DNA from: Monocercomonoides exilis PA203
Taxonomy: Eukaryota > Protista > Preaxostyla
Direction: 5' to 3'
Assembly (NCBI GenBank): GCA_001643675.2
Contig: LSRY02000038.1
Coordinates: 124,001 to 188,000 of the forward strand
DNA: 64,000 nucleotides
Both the position numbers and the translations under genes were made by a program. Below, one piece after another: positions 56,706-64,000 of the stretch (positions are counted from its first letter, which is position 1; each line of letters begins with the position of its first letter). The notes beneath the pieces are model-generated. The model ran no database searches and was not told the origin of the DNA. It saw only the letters and a list, made by a program, of their open reading frames with translations.

Positions 56706-59333
56706 ATGATTCATCTTTTAAGACATACTGATGATAGCAATCAAAAACATAAAGGCTTTTCTTCACTTAATGGCCACCTTGATATACTAAATGGATTTAA
56801 CTCATCATTCGAAGAATGCTCACGAAATGAACGATTGGTTATTGTTGTTGGAAAGAGCTGCACCGGGAAAAGCACCTTGATAAATGCACTTTTAGGAGTA
56901 AAATTGGAAGAAAATGAAGACGGAAAAATGATGAAAATTAACGAATTAGTCAAAGGGCCAAAAATAGGAAATGGAATTCGTTCAGAAACACAATTTGCAG
57001 AATGCTTCCAATTGAATGGCTCAACTTTGTTGGATCCAAGAGGGTTTGTTGGGTCAAATATTGATATAGAGGGAGACATCCTGAGTGCACTCATCATGGA
57101 AGCAAACAAGAGAAAAGCCAAAAAGGTGATGGTCATATATCTTTCTGAATTTGATAATTACTGTAACTTATCAAAAATGAAAGATGATGCGAAATTCATC
57201 AACAAAATATGCGATGACATAGATTTGCCTATTATATTTATAGCCAACAAGTGCACTTTAAGATGGGCAGTCAGAAAAGACGAAAGCGGACAGTTGGGAG
57301 ATGTGATGATTGAGAAGATTCAAAACCGCCTTCACAAAGATTTTAAAAAGTTATATGAAGATCAACTGAAAGACATCAGGCAGAAGATTTTCAAGAATTC
57401 AGACATATTAACCGTAATGGAGATGATTGGAGCTCTTGAGAAAAATGTGATCGATGCAGAAGTTTTGAAGAAAGCAAACATGGAAGAATGTTTGATTCAG
57501 CTCAAGGCACTGTATGTGCTGAAAAGTGCGCTTGACGGTGGAAGGCTGCTGTACTACGACCCGTTAGACTTTTACTCGGTGGAAAGGATCAAGTCGATGG
57601 TGCATGATGAGAATTATTTTGTCCAGCCGAATCGAGTTACTTTGGGGGGAAGCACTTCCGAATCAAGGGACTTTCTGACGACTGTGTCAGAAATTGCGCT
57701 TGTACTGGGGCAGCTGGTGACGGCGATGGAAGGCAGACGGCGAGTGCCTGCGTTTCTGCGGGAGGTGTCGAATGCATGCGGCGATTTCTCGTTCAACTGC
57801 AACCAGCTGCTCTCAGCGCCGAACGAAAGGATGAAGAAGCTGGAGAACACACTGAGCAAAATAACGATCGACACAGAGCTCAGCAGCAACGAGATTCGAA
57901 AAGGGGAGGAAGCAAACATCGATCCGTACCAGAAGCTGAAAGAGGAGTATGAACTGGAGATTGCGTTGCTTGACTCAGACGAGCCTGTGAAATACGACTC
58001 GATTGAATTCTACGAGCATGAGAACTATCTTATGAACGAGAGGAGGATTAGGAGGGAGATAGAAGTGCCCCACACGACGTACAAGTTCATCCCGAGGAAT
58101 GAATACACCTTCTCTGACGAAGGGGCACAGAGGGAAGGCATCGAGGACGGGGTGTTCCGAGCAGTGTACAGAGCGCCCGACAAGTTTACAGTGGGGCAGC
58201 AGCTGTTCTTCACATTGACAACATTGGGGGTGCTCTATGCCTTTGACAACCCGAGGAGCGAATGCTGCGGAGAGGTCGAGTTTTATGCTCCCAGTCGCGA
58301 CATACCCAAAAACCAGGAGAAGATGCGGAGGCTGAGGGCGAAAGTGCAACAGCTGGACGAGCAGATGAAGAAAGTGCAGGAGAATGTTGAGCTGCTGAAG
58401 GAGCTGAGGGAAGAGCTCGAAGAATGCATGGAAATTATAGAGAAGAAGAAGAAAGAGGAGGAGAGATGGAACAGCGACCAGCTTGTTCTTGTGGAGTGTT
58501 TGGAGTTTTGCGATGAGTGCGACAAGCTGTGGGAAGACTATCAGTACATTCTGCTGCTGATGTATCAGTTTGCTGCCAATTATGTTCCTGAGAAGTTCAT
58601 TGCAAAGGCAAAGAAAGAAATTGCTAGTGAAAGAAGTTGTTTTTATCATTCTTCTTCTTCTTTTGCTTCTTCTTCTTCTTCTTCAACCTCTTCTTCTTCC
58701 ACATCTCCTTCTCCTTCTCCTTCTTTTTCCTCTTCTCCTTCTTCTTTTTCCTCTTCTCCTTCTTCTCCTTCTCCTTCTCATTCCACCACACCTTTTCCTC
58801 CTTCTCCTTATACAGTGCCAAATTCTTCATCTGTTTGTGTTTATGAGTCTGCCTATCAAATCTTTGAACGGTTTAGACACAAAGAAATTGCAAAGGGAAA
58901 GAAAGAAGGAGAATGCAAAAGTGAAGACAAAGAGGAAGAAGAAGAAGAAAAAGAAAAAGAAAAAGAAGAAGAAGAAGAAGAAGAAGAAGAAGAAGAGAAA
59001 GAAGAAGAGGAGGAAGAAGAAGAAAATGACGAAGAAGATGAAAACGAAAGACCAACCAGTTCAACACAAAACAGAGCAAAAAGAAAAGAAAGCCCGTCAC
59101 ATTCTTCACATTCATCTCAAACAGACAAAATTCTGATGAGGTTAGCGAGGTTCATAGCGTCGATGGATGGGGTGGAGGAAGTGGCGAAGAAGGAGAAAGA
59201 GGTCAGCCTGAAGACACAGGGGAGATATGACCCTGCTCTTGTGGGGGCAGCAGCGGAGACTGTGAAGTACATGTGGGGCAGAATGGGCAGGTTCAGAAGG
59301 TGTTTGGAGGAGTTTAAGAAGTTCGATATATGA
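56706..59333 (+). CDS. large P-loop GTPase (TRAFAC; AIG1/septin/dynamin-like G domain) with helical and coiled-coil C-terminus
   Basis: Likely ATG at 56706 (MIHLLRH). G1 GKSCTGKS, G2 SET, G3 DPRG, G4 ANKC. Coiled coil KMRRLRAKVQQLDEQMKKVQENVELLKELREELE. Intronless. Confidence 0.8.
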   Translation: MIHLLRHTDDSNQKHKGFSSLNGHLDILNGFNSSFEECSRNERLVIVVGKSCTGKSTLINALLGVKLEENEDGKMMKINELVKGPKIGNGIRSETQFAECFQLNGSTLLDPRGFVGSNIDIEGDILSALIMEANKRKAKKVMVIYLSEFDNYCNLSKMKDDAKFINKICDDIDLPIIFIANKCTLRWAVRKDESGQLGDVMIEKIQNRLHKDFKKLYEDQLKDIRQKIFKNSDILTVMEMIGALEKNVIDAEVLKKANMEECLIQLKALYVLKSALDGGRLLYYDPLDFYSVERIKSMVHDENYFVQPNRVTLGGSTSESRDFLTTVSEIALVLGQLVTAMEGRRRVPAFLREVSNACGDFSFNCNQLLSAPNERMKKLENTLSKITIDTELSSNEIRKGEEANIDPYQKLKEEYELEIALLDSDEPVKYDSIEFYEHENYLMNERRIRREIEVPHTTYKFIPRNEYTFSDEGAQREGIEDGVFRAVYRAPDKFTVGQQLFFTLTTLGVLYAFDNPRSECCGEVEFYAPSRDIPKNQEKMRRLRAKVQQLDEQMKKVQENVELLKELREELEECMEIIEKKKKEEERWNSDQLVLVECLEFCDECDKLWEDYQYILLLMYQFAANYVPEKFIAKAKKEIASERSCFYHSSSSFASSSSSSTSSSSTSPSPSPSFSSSPSSFSSSPSSPSPSHSTTPFPPSPYTVPNSSSVCVYESAYQIFERFRHKEIAKGKKEGECKSEDKEEEEEEKEKEKEEEEEEEEEEEKEEEEEEEENDEEDENERPTSSTQNRAKRKESPSHSSHSSQTDKILMRLARFIASMDGVEEVAKKEKEVSLKTQGRYDPALVGAAAETVKYMWGRMGRFRRCLEEFKKFDI

Positions 59334-59920
59334 AATAAGGAGAAAAAAGGAGAAGAAGGAGAAAAGGAAAAAGGAAAAAGGAAAAAGGAAAAAGGAAAAA
59401 GGAAAAAGAGAAAGAGAAAGAGAAAGAGAAAGAAAAGAGATTTTAGAGTAATTCTACTTTTTTATGTAATTTATCATTATTGTCGTTTATTTCATATCGA
59501 AAAAAGTGATTTTTTCGTAAACTGTATTTGTATTTCGCTTTATTACATGTGATGAAAAGCTGCCTTGACTTAATTCTATTTTTTTTTTTTCCTTTCAAAG
59601 ATAAATTATTTATTTTTTTTGCTTTCAATTTGTAGTTATACCCGTTTTGAGGTTGTGATTGTATAAGCTTTTAATTTCACTTCTGTCAGGCTGCTTCCAT
59701 TTCACAACTGAAACAAAAAACAAATAAATAAATAAATAAATAAATGAAAAAAAAATCACAAATGCTTTCTATTTGTGATTTGAAAAATCGGCCATTTTAT
59801 CTTTTTTTGGAATATGAAATAATCAAGATTTTCATCCATTGTTCGATAAGGAAAATAAACCAAATTGAATAAGGATATGGTTAAGATCAAATAACTATTT
59901 ACAAAAATTCAATTTCGTTT

Positions 59921-62908
59921 ATGTTTTCATTTGTCAGCGTTCTGTGTTGCATCTGCGTTGCTGATTGCTTTGAAAAGAAAGGAAGTGCAGACATTCGAAA
60001 CAGAGAAAAGGGGGATGCGTTTTTCTCGAGAGATGTTAATTGTGTTTCTGAAGGGATTGATAATCTGAATTCAGATACCATAGCATATGAACAGGATCAA
60101 AGGGAGAATCATGAATCTAAAGAGGATTTCTCCGACACGAAGAACGAAACGAATTTTGGAGATTCAAACAATAAAAGCTCTTTTTTGAATTTAGACGACT
60201 TCAGCTCGCAAAAAGAAAACGAGAAAAGTTTTACTGAAGGTCATGCGAAAATTATGTATAAAGAACTGCAAAGAAATGATGAATACGATATTAAAGTGGA
60301 TGGAGAAAACGGAATTGATAGCGAAGAATGTGGCATATCAGTGCATCAGCCATGCAAAACCATAAAAAAGGCAGTGGATCGCTGCAAGACAGAAAAAGTA
60401 TTACATATTCATACGACAGAAAATTGCAATAAATTCGATACTGAGCCAATAATAATTGATGGACATCTCGTCATTCTTAATAACGACGATGAAGTTGTTT
60501 GTATTATGACTGCTTTAGACGAAAAGAAGGTGAAAAGTGGTGACGCTCTTTTTTGTGTTAAGAGCGAGGGACGTTTTTTCTTAGACAGAGCAGACATTTG
60601 TGTGAATACAAAACGAGAAAGCGGTAGAAACCAAGGATTGATTGTTGTGGAAGGAGAAGGTTCACAAATTGAATTGGAAGATACGAATATCAGCAATATT
60701 GAAACCGGGAATGAGCTGAGCTGTGTGCTTATTGAATGCAAATCTGGCGAATCGAAGTTTCAGAGTGTTAAGATTTCACATTTTGTATCTTCCTGTGCAC
60801 TGATTCTTGCTGAAGCCTCTCAAAAAATTAAATTTTTAGGTATGTCATTGGATTCGATCACTACGAAAAGCAAAACCCAATCAGTCTTGACTGTAATGGG
60901 AGGATGCCAATCTACAACGGTTGATGATTGCACATTTACAAATTGTTGGTCAATAGAGCACAAATTTGGAGGTGCGATATATTTGGAGATTACAAATGAC
61001 CAAAGTTCTTTTTCATTTTATAGAGACGATTTCTCGAATTGTTCGTGCAAAAGTTCAAATTCCAACACAGATCATCAGTTTGTTCAGCTTAACGAAGAGT
61101 CAGAAGGAGGAGCAATATTCATTCAAGTGACAGACGAAGCAACAAAATTATTGAAATTGTCAATATTTGCGATAACATTCACAGACTGCACGGCCGAGAA
61201 AGGAGAATATGTCTTCATGACCCTTCCAGCAGGAAGGGAGCAGATCGATGAAGAACAATTTTGCTTCGAGATGGAAGAAATTTATGGGAAGCCAAATTAC
61301 ATGTTGTTGGAAGATAGGAAAGAAGCGAGAACAATTGATCTTCTGACAGACAACGAGAATAGATTGCCATACCATTCAGAGAACATATTTGTTGGAGAGG
61401 CAAAAACAAGCAATGAGAAAACATGTGGGCGAAAAGAAGAACCCTGCTCTCAACTAAGCGGAATAGCCAAACATGAAACGTGGAAAAATAGAATGTCAGT
61501 ATACATCATTGGTAAAGTGTTTGTTAGTGAGCCTGTTTCTGGATGCGAAAGGACAAAATTTTCTTCTATGACTGACTCTTTTTCAATGCCTTCGGCAACA
61601 AATGAACAAAACAGAGGAACTCTTCAAATTGGAGCAAACATGAAAAATTCTGATGCCATTGCAATATTCGGTGGCAAGCATGTATGGATTACAATGGAAC
61701 ATTTGGAAATTGAATATCCGGATGCAATTGAAGGAGATGCAATTGATTTGATTTTCGGATCAATGAATTTTGCGTTAAATGATGTTGTTTTTCGACCTTG
61801 GTACACTGGCTTAAAAGGGGAGAACATTCTTGGTGGCGAAGGTGAACTGTTACCATATACATTAATTAAAGTAGAAGCGAAGCAAACAACAATCACAAAA
61901 CTTGTTATTTATGGAAGAAACAAAAACATTACTCATGCAAGTCAACGAGAATGCGATGAAACAACCGGCAGCATTAGAGATTATCAAAACGCTGCAAATG
62001 TTGAATGTTTGAATAATGATTGCGAAGAAGACGATCAGTTGTGTTCATGGGATTCAGGACTTTTATTTCTGAATGAATCGTCTTTAGCATATGTTAATGA
62101 CAGCTCATTTATTGACATTGGCGATGGAGCAATACTTTCTCATTCATCTACGTTACATTTGAACAACTGCAGCTTCATTAACAACCATCCAATTGATGCA
62201 GGCTGGGAGAAGTATCCATCTTTACAACACAACATTCGATTCAAAGGATTGGAATATGATTGGATTAGTGTGGAATCATTGACTGCCGGAAGTGATGGGC
62301 TTGATGGAAAGCCATTTGGAATGCTATCTGATGTTGAAGCATACGGAACAGCTGCTAAGAACATGGATTCGTATTTCTTTTCGCCTATTCTTAAGAATGC
62401 CACACTGAAAAAAGATGATGCCATCAATAAGAATGACCGTCAGGACAAAAATGAAAATGAGAAAGAAGTCGAAGCAGTTGTGCATGGGTCATATTTGTTT
62501 CCGTGTGGACTTACGTTTGAAGCGTCCAAAAAAAGGAAAGGAGAAGAAATGAAATGGACAAATTGCCCAGTTTCTGAATACACAAATGAGACAGAAATGA
62601 ATGTGAGGATTCCTTCATCTTTGTTTGAAGTTGATGATTACACATCAGTTGTTTGTCGCTTGACTTATTCGAATGGAATTATAAATGGAGAGAATAAGCA
62701 TTCTACAAATATCATCTTGGTGAAACAGAAGAAAGACGATCAAAACGAAAACCATCCAATAAAACTTACAAAAGCACAGCTTGTTGCGATCATCGCCTGC
62801 ACATGTGCTTTTGCGGTTGTTGTGGTGGCGGTGATAGTGACTGTTGTGTGTGTGGTCAGAAACAAAAAGCGAAGACAATACAGAGAGATAAAGGATATAA
62901 AACAATGA
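59921..62908 (+). CDS. type-I membrane surface protein (signal peptide, CG..x.PC and GGAI modules, C-terminal TM, short tail)
   Basis: 995-aa ORF. MFSFVSVLCCICVA; ECGISVHQPCKTI; FGGAIYL; KYPSLQHNI, GSDG and LFPCGLTF motifs shared with the 5341 and 12721 ORFs; TM LVAIIACTCAFAVVVVAVIVTVVCVV followed by RNKKRR. Confidence 0.85.
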   Translation: MFSFVSVLCCICVADCFEKKGSADIRNREKGDAFFSRDVNCVSEGIDNLNSDTIAYEQDQRENHESKEDFSDTKNETNFGDSNNKSSFLNLDDFSSQKENEKSFTEGHAKIMYKELQRNDEYDIKVDGENGIDSEECGISVHQPCKTIKKAVDRCKTEKVLHIHTTENCNKFDTEPIIIDGHLVILNNDDEVVCIMTALDEKKVKSGDALFCVKSEGRFFLDRADICVNTKRESGRNQGLIVVEGEGSQIELEDTNISNIETGNELSCVLIECKSGESKFQSVKISHFVSSCALILAEASQKIKFLGMSLDSITTKSKTQSVLTVMGGCQSTTVDDCTFTNCWSIEHKFGGAIYLEITNDQSSFSFYRDDFSNCSCKSSNSNTDHQFVQLNEESEGGAIFIQVTDEATKLLKLSIFAITFTDCTAEKGEYVFMTLPAGREQIDEEQFCFEMEEIYGKPNYMLLEDRKEARTIDLLTDNENRLPYHSENIFVGEAKTSNEKTCGRKEEPCSQLSGIAKHETWKNRMSVYIIGKVFVSEPVSGCERTKFSSMTDSFSMPSATNEQNRGTLQIGANMKNSDAIAIFGGKHVWITMEHLEIEYPDAIEGDAIDLIFGSMNFALNDVVFRPWYTGLKGENILGGEGELLPYTLIKVEAKQTTITKLVIYGRNKNITHASQRECDETTGSIRDYQNAANVECLNNDCEEDDQLCSWDSGLLFLNESSLAYVNDSSFIDIGDGAILSHSSTLHLNNCSFINNHPIDAGWEKYPSLQHNIRFKGLEYDWISVESLTAGSDGLDGKPFGMLSDVEAYGTAAKNMDSYFFSPILKNATLKKDDAINKNDRQDKNENEKEVEAVVHGSYLFPCGLTFEASKKRKGEEMKWTNCPVSEYTNETEMNVRIPSSLFEVDDYTSVVCRLTYSNGIINGENKHSTNIILVKQKKDDQNENHPIKLTKAQLVAIIACTCAFAVVVVAVIVTVVCVVRNKKRRQYREIKDIKQ

Positions 62909-64000
62909 GTCAGAACGCGATAATTCTAAGAAAATCTTTTGTGATTATCTTTGATTTTATTTTGTTATTGTTTGATTTACTGCAAATGTTATGTTGACAT
63001 TCAAAAACGTGTATATGTACTTGTTAATTAATACGTTTATAAGATGTGAAATTCATTTTCCTTTCCTTTATTTTATTTTATTTTATTTTTATTTTTATTT
63101 TTGGAACCTTTTTGGAACCAAATTACAACAAGAACTTTCGTTTGTGCTCAATCATGTATTTTTTTCTTTGAATGCCAAATCATTATGAATATGTATAATG
63201 ATGAGTGTCGTCTTGATTCTTTTTTTAATAAAAATAAATTTTCATTCGTTGTGTAATATTTTCAATTTTGCTGTAAGATGTTTATTTTCTGATAATGTTG
63301 GATGGAAATGTTATTTATCTCAATTTTACTCTTTTGTGAATAAATTTCTTCATTTTCTTGACTTTATTATTATTCATTCATTTGAAATTTTAATTCATCA
63401 AAAAACATTTTTTCTTTCTTATCTTTTGTTTCTTCATATTGGGAAAACGGAAAGAAGTCAAATGTTAAATGATTTCATTATTATTCAAAATCAAAATTTC
63501 CTATTTGTTCTACAGGATGTTGTAAGTTTATCCCAATTTTTGAACCTGAAAATGATTAGATATGTGAAACCAATAACTTGAATGTCTTTTCAATCGTTGT
63601 CTTTTTCAATTTCAGGTTTCTCATGGAAAAAATTGAAGTAATGAAAAAAGAACGTTCCATGGTTACAAGAAAACTTGATGTTTTTGATCGTCATTTATCA
63701 ATTATCTTCTAATTCGAAACATCGCTTTTAAATGTGTGAATAAAAAATTTCCCAAAATTCTTCACTTAGGAACAAATGTTATTTTGAAAAAAGTCGTGGC
63801 TTTTCATTTTGTGAGTTTTAAAAAAAATCAGTCTCATAAATGTATATGGTAGAATTTTTTTTTTAGTACCATTTGTTTAACTTTCAAAAAAAATTTTTTT
63901 TCATATTTTAATCAAATTTCTATACCCACTCACCAAATATTGCTGTCATTGAAACAAATGCGTGTCATTATTATTTTTTCCGTTTGAGTGTGGTTTCGTG

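Overview
AT-rich eukaryotic DNA with short spliceosomal introns and the standard genetic code. The gene families (giant Cys/GGAI-rich type-I surface proteins, a receptor with a degenerate kinase C-lobe, an 'FCELEHCSEDEQ' helical family, poly-Ser-expanded genes) most resemble an oxymonad such as Monocercomonoides; this is inferred from recall, not from a search. Housekeeping genes: RPS15A (2 exons), a 7-exon PA28/11S proteasome activator largely missed by the ORF track, an RBR E3 ligase and a TIS11/TTP-like tandem CCCH protein. Top finding: an intronless, secreted protein (21796-24315, minus) made of a signal peptide, an acidic block, a long PKPT stalk, a LysM domain and a Cys/His Tae2/Dae2 (BPSL0067-like) peptidoglycan-amidase domain. 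It is a candidate bacterial-derived 'domesticated amidase effector' in a protist. The window also holds a bounded Merlin transposon (TIRs plus 8-bp TSD) with two nested MITEs, two MITE families with AWWT target duplications, pogo-like MITEs, a ~3.1-kb segment bounded by ~168-bp near-perfect inverted repeats that carries a host-gene fragment, a large P-loop GTPase, and several pseudogenes. All homology calls come from motif recognition by eye.
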